Assembly: GCA_963758495.1 (NCBI GenBank)
Contig: CAVWVI010000004.1
Span: forward strand, 480,001-544,000
Origin: Oligoflexia bacterium
GTDB lineage: Bacteria > Bdellovibrionota > UBA1018
Direction: 5' to 3'
DNA length: 64,000 bases
Under the pieces are notes generated by a model. That model was not told where the DNA came from. It saw nothing but the letters and a program-made list of their open reading frames with translations, and ran no database searches. Each line of letters opens with the position of its first letter. Position 1 is the first letter of the stretch. A program made the translations under genes and the position numbers. Below are positions 48,953 to 58,271 of the stretch, one piece after another.

Positions 48953-49786
48953 CTACACGGCAATCGGCGCAGGAATATGAGGATGTGGATCATATCCCAC
49001 AATCTCAAAATCCTCGAACTTGTAATCGAAGATAGAATCCAGGTTTACGCTTAATCACCAACTTCGGAAGTGGTCGAGGCTCCCTCGTTAGCTGCAGTTT
49101 TGCTTGCTCAAGATGATTTTTATAAAGATGTAAATCACCCATGGAAATAATCACTTCGCCGGGTTCAAATCCACATTGCTGTGCAACCATGTGAGTAAGG
49201 AACGCAACACTGGCCGTATTATAACTGTTGCCAAAAATAAATCATTCGACCGAATATAGAGCAAACAGGAAAGTTTATTATTAGCTACATAAAATTGATA
49301 GAGCAAATGACATGGTGGAAGCGCCATCTTTCCATCCGCAGCATTTTCCCAAGGTTTCTTTGTCTCATCAGGAAGATAAGCAACATTCCAAGCGTGAAAT
49401 AAATGTCGTCGGCTATCTGGACGGCTTTTCAAGCCCTCAATCAAAGTCGCAATCTGATCAATGTGACCTCCTTTTCCATCTGGCCAAAAACGCCATTGAT
49501 ATCCGTATACGGGTCCTAGCTCCCCTTCTGGAGTTGCCCACTCATCCCATATCTTCACACCGTTCTCTTTTAAATACTTGATGTTAGTTTCACCCTTCAA
49601 AAACCACAAAAGTTCATGAAGAATCGATTTCGTGTGAAGCTTCTTCGTCGTAAGCAACGGGAACCCCTCAGAAAGATCGTAACGAACTTGTCTTCCAAAA
49701 ACAGACAAAGTCCCTGTTCCTGTGCGATCTGTCTTTTCAGTTCCGTTTTTCAAAACATCATCAAGTAAGTCTAAATATGCCTTCAT
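48953..49786 (-). pseudogene. thyA: thymidylate synthase with two frameshifts
   Basis: DRTGTGT, ELLWFL, LGPVYG, MALPPCH and RSNDLFL motifs; one base missing at ~49231, one extra base at ~49041; C-terminus ...[10 protein letters not shown]. Confidence 0.9.
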
Positions 49787-49983
49787 GCTCTATCCTCGTG
49801 AGTGAAGAATTGACGCTACCATCCGTTCCATAAAGACTTATCCAAACCTATCCACATAGCAATTGGAGCTTATATTCTGGTTCAGCGATGCTGGAGAATA
49901 CTAGTTCAGCTCCGAATCTAAGTAAACGATCTTTAATTGTAGACGTATCTATTTGAAATTATTATATAATATAGAAAAATCAC

Positions 49984-50034
49984 TTAATACTACAAGTTTT
50001 ACTACAAAATTTGTAGTAAAACTTGTAGTATTAA
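49984..50034. promoter_or_regulatory. perfect 51-bp palindrome (25-bp arms) directly upstream of the Fic gene
   Basis: ttaatactacaagttttactacaaa-a-tttgtagtaaaacttgtagtattaa. Confidence 0.85.
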
Positions 50035-50038
50035 CACT

Positions 50039-51274
50039 ATGCCGGCCAATGAATTTGAATTCCTAACCTCCCCGACGTGGCTAGATTACACTCAGCATCG
50101 CTACCTTTCTCCAGATGAGATGAGGTATCGCATGAAGCAACAAAAAAGTCTGCCTACTGACTGGACTGAGCTAGCAAAAAAAGTAGTGAAATATAGAAAA
50201 TTCGGTTCAGTTCCTCTCTTCGTAGCATCCATCGATAAGAAATTCTGGTACTTTCCCTCGGATAGTCTGACCCGGAAGATTAACGAAATCGAAAGACTGG
50301 GTATCGACCTTTATCACCGGATCAATCAACAGTCCTTATTCAAACATGATTTTCTTTTAGACTCAGCCATAGAAGAAGCAATTACCTCAGCAATCTACGA
50401 AGGTGCGCACAGCACACGAGCGCAAGCACAACAACTTATTGCATCCGGAAACAAACCTAAGAATAAAGACGAATGGATGCTTGTCAATAATCTTAAAGCC
50501 ATGCAGTGGATTCAAAACAATAGAAATAGGGACGTTACACAAGAACTTATTTTGGAATTGCATCGAATTGCCACCGAACACTCCATGGAAGGCGACGATG
50601 CAAATTTCTCAGGAAAATTTAGAAATGACAAAATTTTTGTTGGACCCCACGAAGGGATTCAGCATGGACTTATAGAACAAGCGACAAACGAGGCAATCTT
50701 TTTAACAACCCAGAATCCACGCTATATCCATCCCTTGCTGAGAGGAATCCTATTTCATTACTTTATTGCCTATATTCATCCATTCTTTGATGGAAATGGA
50801 AGAACTGCACGAGCCCTCTTTTACTTCAACTCGATGCGAAATCATCTTGATTACATCCAGCTTCTTTCTGTTTCTGCTTATCTTAAAGAGCATGGATCTC
50901 AATATGAAAAGATATTTGAGAAAGTCGTATCGAATGATCTTGATATCACCTATTTTATAGATTTTTGTTTAGATTCAATTCATTCTGCGCTCTCGGTAGT
51001 ATCCGAGAAAATCAAATATTTGCTCCAAATTACGGAGTTAAGAGAAAAAGTGGGTCTATCTACTAACCAGATAGGACTGCTACAAAGAATGGCACTTCAT
51101 AAGTTCAGAACTGTAAGCATTGAGGAATATGCCGAGCAAATTGCCATGTCGAGAGAAATTGCTAGACAAGAACTCAAGTCACTCACTGACCTGGGTCTTA
51201 TTCAAGAATCTAAACTCGGCAAGAAATTAATATATGGCATCAAAAAGCCTAACCTGGATAACCTGATTAAGTGA
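50039..51274 (+). CDS. Fic family protein with C-terminal HTH
   Basis: HPFFDGNGRTAR; inhibitory-type motif SAIYEG; SIEEYAEQIAMSREIARQEL HTH-like tail. Confidence 0.92.
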   Translation: MPANEFEFLTSPTWLDYTQHRYLSPDEMRYRMKQQKSLPTDWTELAKKVVKYRKFGSVPLFVASIDKKFWYFPSDSLTRKINEIERLGIDLYHRINQQSLFKHDFLLDSAIEEAITSAIYEGAHSTRAQAQQLIASGNKPKNKDEWMLVNNLKAMQWIQNNRNRDVTQELILELHRIATEHSMEGDDANFSGKFRNDKIFVGPHEGIQHGLIEQATNEAIFLTTQNPRYIHPLLRGILFHYFIAYIHPFFDGNGRTARALFYFNSMRNHLDYIQLLSVSAYLKEHGSQYEKIFEKVVSNDLDITYFIDFCLDSIHSALSVVSEKIKYLLQITELREKVGLSTNQIGLLQRMALHKFRTVSIEEYAEQIAMSREIARQELKSLTDLGLIQESKLGKKLIYGIKKPNLDNLIK

Positions 51275-51277
51275 GCC

Positions 51278-52684
51278 TCACCAAAACCTCGCCAGTGGAA
51301 ATCCAAATGTAATTCCTAAACTATTCGAACTGTAAGACACGGTATTAGGCTGGGCTTGCCAAGCAATATAATTCACTTCACCAAAAAGCTGCTTTCCCCA
51401 TCTGAGCCAGATATTGTAATAGGCGCTACCCGAAATCGAGGGATAAATAAAGGCCCCGGCTGCTAAATTCCTTCCTCTTTGAAAAGCGTCTCTATAAATC
51501 AATTCGAACCCTTGGGGAGCCGAGAAAACTAAGTAATATTGACCTTGCGCTTTAAATCCCATGGCATGTCCGCCAATCAGAAGATTCAGGGACGCTCTCC
51601 GATCTAAAAATCGATTATTTTCGAGTTTAAGATATAATCCAACGTCTGTGTAATTGTGAGAATCCAGCGCTGTCAGTCCGAATCCGACGACATTCACGTC
51701 TTCTGCAATAAAATAAGATCCATAGAGGGTCCCAAATACTGCAAAATTAGAAAAATCTTCTCCTCCCCCTGTAAAGCCATGGGAATAGCCACCTACTCCC
51801 ATACTCAATGAAAAAGCATGAAGTGTTTGTGCAATTTTGTAGTGAAGTAGGATTTTATGATCTTTACCCTGAAGTAACACTTGACCCGGCTGAGATTGCA
51901 GACGAAGAGGCCACATTGAGGGTGATGCAGCTTGAGTCTCCACTCCTCCTACTTGAATGGTTTGGCCCACATTATCCCAAAATGAAAATATTTCCAAACT
52001 TGCAGTCTGGCTGTTTTGGTTCATTGCACGTACTTGGCGACATCCTAAGTAAATCCAATCATCTAAACTTGGAGTCAAAGATTCAACAGAGACGCTAAAG
52101 GGTGAGCAACTCGAATCCACATAAACGTGATTGTCTGAGTTTTGCAGTTCTGTTCCAGGCTTAAATTGAACCTGTATTTTCCCTCGAAGGACTTGATCCC
52201 CTCGTTTTACACTGATCAAGATTGGATTTTTGTCACCCGAAAGCAATGCTATCGGGATTTCAGCGTGACCATGGCTTTGCTCTCCATGATCCTTGTCATG
52301 ATCCTTGTCAATGATAAGAGGTTGCGAGAACCCAGAACTGGACACCTCCCCTCCCTGCACATTTTGGACATCCACCACGAGTCTTGCTCTAGGTAAAACG
52401 AGAACTTCTCGGACCCGAACCCATTGCAAAGATCCCTTTGCTAATTGAACTTGGAGGTCAGGAATGGGATGACTCACCCATTGAAAATCAAAGTCTAACA
52501 CATCAAAATGATTTGGAGAAAAAGCCGTAGGAACCGACTCAGATAATACTTCATCGCTCAGAGAGGGAGGAAGTATAAGAACGTTCGCACTCAATTCTCT
52601 AGATGACACTAAAAAGAGTAATATCAGCACTTTATGGAAAACTCTGGAGAACAGATTATTTTTCACAGGATGGGTCACTCTCAT
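51278..52684 (-). CDS. exported hypothetical protein, probable C-terminal beta-barrel
   Basis: Signal peptide; aromatic amphipathic strands in the C-terminal third. Confidence 0.55.
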   Translation of the reverse strand: MRVTHPVKNNLFSRVFHKVLILLFLVSSRELSANVLILPPSLSDEVLSESVPTAFSPNHFDVLDFDFQWVSHPIPDLQVQLAKGSLQWVRVREVLVLPRARLVVDVQNVQGGEVSSSGFSQPLIIDKDHDKDHGEQSHGHAEIPIALLSGDKNPILISVKRGDQVLRGKIQVQFKPGTELQNSDNHVYVDSSCSPFSVSVESLTPSLDDWIYLGCRQVRAMNQNSQTASLEIFSFWDNVGQTIQVGGVETQAASPSMWPLRLQSQPGQVLLQGKDHKILLHYKIAQTLHAFSLSMGVGGYSHGFTGGGEDFSNFAVFGTLYGSYFIAEDVNVVGFGLTALDSHNYTDVGLYLKLENNRFLDRRASLNLLIGGHAMGFKAQGQYYLVFSAPQGFELIYRDAFQRGRNLAAGAFIYPSISGSAYYNIWLRWGKQLFGEVNYIAWQAQPNTVSYSSNSLGITFGFPLARFW

Positions 52685-52852
52685 GATCTGTCACTCTCTT
52701 CATTTTAGATTCGAAATTCACCAGAAGTCTATCAAAAGTCTACTGTCAAAAGTCTAATAAAGAGCTGCGGCCACTGAACTATCGGGTCTGATCTTCTGTT
52801 CTGGGCTTCTCTTCTGGCCTTCTGTTTTCATCAGTGGTTTAATGTTGGCACT

Positions 52853-53788
52853 ATGAATCAATCATGCAGTCCTTTGTCAGAAAGTCCCTCCGCGCGAAAT
52901 AATTCAACAAAAGTCATGGGCGCACTGGCACTCGTTCAAGTTTTATTTGGGATTAATTTTATTACCTCCAAAGTCATTATCCAAGTATTTCCGCCTCTTG
53001 CCTGGGCAAACTTTCGAGTATTTATTTCAGCAATTGCTTTATTAGGAATTGCGATCGCTACGGGGAAACCACATCCCCCTTTTAAAAAAGAATTTTTTGC
53101 CCCCCTCTGCCTCTATTCATTTTTGGGAATTGTAGTCAGTCAAAGCTCCTTTTTAATGGGCCTTCATTATACCACACCTACTAACGGTGCGATTTTAACG
53201 ACCCTCATTCCCATTTTTACGCTTCTTCTTGCGACCTTAAGCGGGCAGGAACCTCTTTTTAAAAGTCGTATTTTTGGCTTTTTCTTCGCTTTAACAGGAG
53301 TTCTCATCATCCGTCGAATAGAAACCTTCACTATTTCCGACCAATCTATACTGGGAGACGGGCTGATTTTATTGAATTGCTTCAGTTACAGCCTCTTCTT
53401 ACTGGTAAGCAAGAAATTTCTGGGGAAGTACCCCCCCCTATGGACGACGACTTGGTTCTTTATTATTGGAAGTCTCGAGCTCGCCATTGTAGCAGCACCC
53501 ACTTGGATTGGATTTAAATGGCCTTCTATGAACTCTTCGTTATTGGCATGTATGTTATTTTCCATTTTTGGAAGTACATTACTCGCGTATTTCCTCAACC
53601 TTTGGGCTCTTTCTCGAACTCGATCTTCCTTAGTGGCCCTCTTTATTTACCTCCAACCCGTCATTGCCAGCCTATTAAGCTGGATTTTATTTGGAGAAAT
53701 CATCTCCTCTCGAACCCTCCTCTCAAGCCTTCTCATCTTCACAGGAATGATTCTTGCCTCTACCCGAAAAAAAGTAGCTGCAACTTAG
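52853..53788 (+). CDS. DMT/EamA family transporter
   Basis: About 10 TM helices; GLHYTTPTNGAIL and FIYLQPVIA motifs. Confidence 0.9.
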   Translation: MNQSCSPLSESPSARNNSTKVMGALALVQVLFGINFITSKVIIQVFPPLAWANFRVFISAIALLGIAIATGKPHPPFKKEFFAPLCLYSFLGIVVSQSSFLMGLHYTTPTNGAILTTLIPIFTLLLATLSGQEPLFKSRIFGFFFALTGVLIIRRIETFTISDQSILGDGLILLNCFSYSLFLLVSKKFLGKYPPLWTTTWFFIIGSLELAIVAAPTWIGFKWPSMNSSLLACMLFSIFGSTLLAYFLNLWALSRTRSSLVALFIYLQPVIASLLSWILFGEIISSRTLLSSLLIFTGMILASTRKKVAAT

Positions 53789-53826
53789 AATGGAAAAAAA
53801 AGCCTTTTTGATTTAGATCTGAATGA

Positions 53827-54843
53827 ATGTCAAAATCTCAATCGATTGCTATTTTACAAGGGTCCCCTCGTAAGCTTATCATCGAATGGCTTTCTTGGTG
53901 GAATAGCCTCACTCTGCTCCAAAAGTACTCTCCTATGGTCTCCGTGAGTGCCTATTGGTTGACTCTCGCTCTTCTTAAGGGATTTCGAGGAGACCATTTA
54001 GCTGCTGGCCTGTTTATTTTAGCTTCAAGCTATTGTGGCAAAGCTGGAAGAATTTTATTAAATTTTGCCATGCCGTTTCTTCTCACTGGCATTGTGTACG
54101 ATAGTCAGCGATTTTATGCCGATTACCTCCGAGGCCCCATTCACGTTTCACAGCCTTATCTTTTTGATAAATTTTTCTTCGGAATCTCGACAGATCGTGG
54201 AGTACTCACTCCTAATGAATGGTGGCAACTCCATACGAATCCTGTGTTAGATGTCATTACAGGTTTTGCCTATTTAGTTTTTTTCAGTCTTTTCATCTTA
54301 ATTTCAGCTTATTTTGTATTTTACTTAAGTAAAATAGGAACCGCTAAACTCTCCTCAAAAGAAGTCTCACAAAAGGCCATTCGGATGCCTTGGGCTTTCT
54401 TCTGGCTTAATGTCGTGGGTTATTCTACTTATTATTGGTACGCGGCAGCTCCGCCTTGGTATGTTGCACTTTATGGTTTAGGTCCAGCACGAATGGAAGT
54501 TGCAGCCAGTTCGGCAGGTTGTGCTCGGTTTGATCTCATTCTAGGAACTCATTTTTTCTCTGAAATGTATGGTCGTGCTGCGGATGTTTTTGGTGCAATT
54601 CCATCTCTTCATGTCGCCTATCCCCTTCTCTCGGTTTATTTCGCATTTCAACTCGGTGCCGCTCGATTATTTTGTATTGGGTTTTATCTTTTAATGTGTT
54701 TTTCAGCAGTTTACCTGAATCATCATTACATTCTAGATATTGCGTGGGGATCTACGTATGCAATGCTCACAGGTTGGTTAACCAATCGATTTTATGAGTA
54801 TTCCGAAAGTAAACAACAGAAACAGCATTTAACTTTAAAATAA
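53827..54843 (+). CDS. PAP2-superfamily protein, inositol-phosphorylceramide synthase (AUR1)-like
   Basis: AAPPWY, GAIPSLHVAYP and AVYLNHHYILD motifs. Confidence 0.8.
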   Translation: MSKSQSIAILQGSPRKLIIEWLSWWNSLTLLQKYSPMVSVSAYWLTLALLKGFRGDHLAAGLFILASSYCGKAGRILLNFAMPFLLTGIVYDSQRFYADYLRGPIHVSQPYLFDKFFFGISTDRGVLTPNEWWQLHTNPVLDVITGFAYLVFFSLFILISAYFVFYLSKIGTAKLSSKEVSQKAIRMPWAFFWLNVVGYSTYYWYAAAPPWYVALYGLGPARMEVAASSAGCARFDLILGTHFFSEMYGRAADVFGAIPSLHVAYPLLSVYFAFQLGAARLFCIGFYLLMCFSAVYLNHHYILDIAWGSTYAMLTGWLTNRFYEYSESKQQKQHLTLK

Positions 54844-54845
54844 CA

Positions 54846-55256
54846 ATGGAACTTACACCCTCCCATCATCATTCCTCCTTTTTGACTACTTTTAGCCGTT
54901 CTCAGGTGGCTTCCCTAGTCGCCACTTTATTGGATTACGCCATCCTCTTCCTCTTCACTGAAGTATTTAAAATCTGGTATGTCATCGCGACTGCCTCTGG
55001 AGCGATCGTGGGCGCTGTGACCAATTTCCTCATCAATCGGCACTGGAGCTTTCAGGCTACTCATGGAAACTGGGAGCGCCAAGCGAGAAGATATGCACTC
55101 GCATCGATAGGAAGCCTCATTTTAAACACAGGCGGAGTTTTTCTTGTCACGGAGTACGGACGGGTGCATTATGCCATTTCTGTTATCCTCGTGTCGGTCT
55201 TGGTTGGATTGATTTTTAACTACCCCATTTACCGTCATTATGTTTACCGATCTTAA
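54846..55256 (+). CDS. GtrA family protein
   Basis: Four TM helices; ATLLDY and TNFLINRHWSF motifs. Confidence 0.85.
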   Translation: MELTPSHHHSSFLTTFSRSQVASLVATLLDYAILFLFTEVFKIWYVIATASGAIVGAVTNFLINRHWSFQATHGNWERQARRYALASIGSLILNTGGVFLVTEYGRVHYAISVILVSVLVGLIFNYPIYRHYVYRS

Positions 55257-55273
55257 AAAGTGAGAGGTTTTCG

Positions 55274-56626
55274 ATGATTAAAAAAGCTAAAGTCGTAACA
55301 GAAATTCCTGGACCTAAAAGCCGTGAAGTCCGTGCCCGAGAAGAAAAACACCTCGCACCTGGACTTCAACGTTTCGCCCTGATGGCCGGACTTGTCATCG
55401 AAAAAGGCCAGGGCAGTACTGTAACGGACGTAGACGGGAATGTATTCATTGATATTATTGGTGGAATTGGTGTCAATGGTTTGGGCCATAGCCACCCCAA
55501 ATACGTCAAAGCCATTCAAAACCAAGTCGAAAAACTCTCTGTAGGCAGCTTCACTTCCGAGCCTCGAGTTGAGCTCCTAGAGCGTATTGCAGAACATCGA
55601 CCTGCCCCCGATGTCCATCGAACCCAGCTTTACTCCAGTGGCGCGGAAGCAGTTGAATCTGCTTTACGTCTCGCTAAATGCGCGACTGGGAAATATGAAT
55701 TTGTAAGTTTTTTTGGCGGATTTCACGGAAAAACCATGGGTGTTCTTTCCTTAATGGGCTCAGACTTTAAAGACAAACTCGGTCCTATGGTACCCGGTTC
55801 ACACATTGCACCTTATGCTTACTGTTATCGATGTCCCTTAAAACTCAAATATCCTTCGTGCGGAATGGCCTGCGTAGAGATGGTTCGGAAACAAGTTAAA
55901 ATGAACTCCTCGGGCGCCGTAGCTGCCTTCATCGTTGAACCGATGCAGGGGTCCTATGGAAATATTATCCCTCCTCGTGAATTTTTGCCTGCCATTCAGT
56001 CGGTCGCAAAAGAAATGGGAGCTTTGTTTATTGCCGACGAAATGATCACAGGATTTGGACGAACCGGAAAATATTGGGGAATTGATCACTCAGGAGTAAG
56101 CCCTGACATTGTCACCATTGGAAAACAATTTGGAGGTGGAATTCCTGTCAGTGGCATTATCGCCAGTGACAAGATTGCTAACTCTCAACCTTGGTCAAAT
56201 CCATCTGGATCTTCCTCAAGCTACGGTGGAAATCCTCTCGTGTCAGCGGCAGGCGCTGCTGCTCTCAAAATCATCGATGAAGAAGACCTCGTCGGTAATT
56301 CGAAGAGAATGGGAGAATACTTCCTGAAAAAATTCATGCCGATGTTAGATCAATATCCCTTTGTCGGAGACGTTCGAGGCGCTGGCTTATTCCTAGGAAT
56401 TGAACTCGTAAAAGATAAAGAATCCAAAGAACCTCTCTCTAAAAATGTCACTTACAAAATTTTTCATGAGTGCCTCAACCGTGGCTTACTCACGATGTCC
56501 TATGAGGCTAAGTTTCGAATGCAACCCTCTATGACAATCGATGAAAAAACAGCAGATGAAGCGGTAGCGATCATCACGGAAGTGTTTGATGAGATGAAGG
56601 AAACTGGATACTGGAAGCAGGTTTAA
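55274..56626 (+). CDS. class III PLP aminotransferase
   Basis: SGAEAVESA, FHGKT, ADEMITGFGRTG and PDIVTIGK motifs. Confidence 0.9.
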   Translation: MIKKAKVVTEIPGPKSREVRAREEKHLAPGLQRFALMAGLVIEKGQGSTVTDVDGNVFIDIIGGIGVNGLGHSHPKYVKAIQNQVEKLSVGSFTSEPRVELLERIAEHRPAPDVHRTQLYSSGAEAVESALRLAKCATGKYEFVSFFGGFHGKTMGVLSLMGSDFKDKLGPMVPGSHIAPYAYCYRCPLKLKYPSCGMACVEMVRKQVKMNSSGAVAAFIVEPMQGSYGNIIPPREFLPAIQSVAKEMGALFIADEMITGFGRTGKYWGIDHSGVSPDIVTIGKQFGGGIPVSGIIASDKIANSQPWSNPSGSSSSYGGNPLVSAAGAAALKIIDEEDLVGNSKRMGEYFLKKFMPMLDQYPFVGDVRGAGLFLGIELVKDKESKEPLSKNVTYKIFHECLNRGLLTMSYEAKFRMQPSMTIDEKTADEAVAIITEVFDEMKETGYWKQV

Positions 56627-56631
56627 AGTTT

Positions 56632-56797
56632 GATTGTGCGCCTGCCACGAAGGATGAACTCAAGCTAAGTCATCATGATGACATCGCCTTTATTAATGAC
56701 TGTATGGTGAGTGGGCTCATATCGTCATTTTGCTTGGATGAGTATTTGAATTTTTTATGGATTTTCGCAATTCATCCTTCGTGACAGGCGCACAATG
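56632..56797. mobile_element. 166-bp MITE-like element
   Basis: 26-bp terminal inverted repeats with 1 mismatch (56633-56658 / 56771-56796), flanked by the direct repeat TAAAGTTT (56624-56631 / 56798-56805). Confidence 0.8.
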
Positions 56798-56948
56798 TAA
56801 AGTTTATAGTTTGTTTTAATGAAATCAATGCTGAATTTGGGAAGCACTGGACTGAGCGCACCAAGTCAGAAGATTGTATTCAGGAGCAATTATAAAATGA
56901 TGGATTTTCTAAAAAATCCCGCACTCCAATCCCGCACTTTTTCCCGAA

Positions 56949-58223
56949 TTATAATGAATCGGAATCACACTCAACAGTATCCGTCGAGTCTGTTGTAATG
57001 AGACGCGCCCCTCTTTGAAATGTCAGATAAGCCCATGCCCACTCGATCACCACCATCACTCGATTTCTAAATCCGATGAGGTAATAAATATGAACGATAA
57101 TCCATGTGATCCACGCGATGAATCCACTCATCCGTATTTTTCCGAGATCTACAATAGCGAATGATCTTCCAACGGTAGCTAAATTTCCTTTATCGAAATA
57201 TCTAAATGGTTTCAATTCTAAGAGACCACGAATCCTCTTCTGAATGACAGATGCAACATAACGCCCTTGTTGTATCGCCACCGGTGCAACACCTGGAAGA
57301 GGCACTCCATTTTGAAATAAACTTGCTGTATCACCTATTACAAAAATATTTGAATGACCGGGTACGGTCAGGTCCTCTCGCACCTTCACTCGACCCGTTC
57401 GATCTACGTCCGCTTTCAACCACTCACCCGCCGGAGAGGCCACCACTCCCGCACACCAAATCACGTTTTTTGACGCAATTCGCTTTCCAGAAATCACGAC
57501 TCCTTCTCGATCTATTTGATTCACTCGAGTATTCGTAAAAATACCCACTCCGAGTGACTCCAGTTTCTTCAGGGCCCGTTGTGCCAGACTATCTGGAAAG
57601 CTTGCTAAAATTCGGGGGCCAGCTTCGATCAGTATAATCTGAGTCAGTCGAGGATCAATATGCCTAAAATCTGATTTCAAAGCTTGGTGAGCCAGTTCAG
57701 CAATGGACCCCGCCATTTCCACTCCAGTGGGGCCGGCTCCAACTAGAACAAAAGTCAGCAGCGCTTTACGTTTTTCAGGGTCGGATTCCATTTCTGCGGC
57801 TTCGAAAGCAAGTAAAATATTTCGCCGAATTCGAGTTGCATCTACAATGGACTTCAGACCAGGAGCAAAGGCCTGCCAATCATTATGACCAAAATAACTA
57901 TACCAGGAGCCCGTTGCCACAACTAAATAATCATAATGTAATTTTTTGTCTTTCAATAAGACAAACTGTTCAATAGGATCTAATCCTATCACCTCGGCCA
58001 TGAGTACTTGCGTGTTGTCTTGCTTTCTTAACACGGATCGAATCGGCGTCGCAATATCTGCAGGGGACAATCCCGCTGTCGCGACTTGATAAAGTAGAGG
58101 TTGAAATAAGTGATAATTTCTACGATCAATCAAGGTAATGTCAACAGTCGCTTTACGCAAAGAGCGCGCCACCGTCAACCCACCAAACCCACCTCCAATA
58201 ATCACCAATTGAGGCTTCACCAT
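56949..58223 (-). CDS. ndh: type II NADH dehydrogenase
   Basis: IIGGGFGG, FQPLLYQVAT, GAGPTGVEMAG, APVAIQQG and DKGNLATVGR motifs. Confidence 0.92.
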   Translation of the reverse strand: MVKPQLVIIGGGFGGLTVARSLRKATVDITLIDRRNYHLFQPLLYQVATAGLSPADIATPIRSVLRKQDNTQVLMAEVIGLDPIEQFVLLKDKKLHYDYLVVATGSWYSYFGHNDWQAFAPGLKSIVDATRIRRNILLAFEAAEMESDPEKRKALLTFVLVGAGPTGVEMAGSIAELAHQALKSDFRHIDPRLTQIILIEAGPRILASFPDSLAQRALKKLESLGVGIFTNTRVNQIDREGVVISGKRIASKNVIWCAGVVASPAGEWLKADVDRTGRVKVREDLTVPGHSNIFVIGDTASLFQNGVPLPGVAPVAIQQGRYVASVIQKRIRGLLELKPFRYFDKGNLATVGRSFAIVDLGKIRMSGFIAWITWIIVHIYYLIGFRNRVMVVIEWAWAYLTFQRGARLITTDSTDTVECDSDSL

Positions 58224-58271
58224 TGAACTCCCGTACTAGACTGAAGCAAGAGTGTTTGATATAATTTTGTC

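Noticed and set aside
56636..56660. GTGCG start suggesting a group II intron 5' end
   Set aside because: The motif is mirrored as a terminal inverted repeat with a target duplication; no domain V or intron ORF seen
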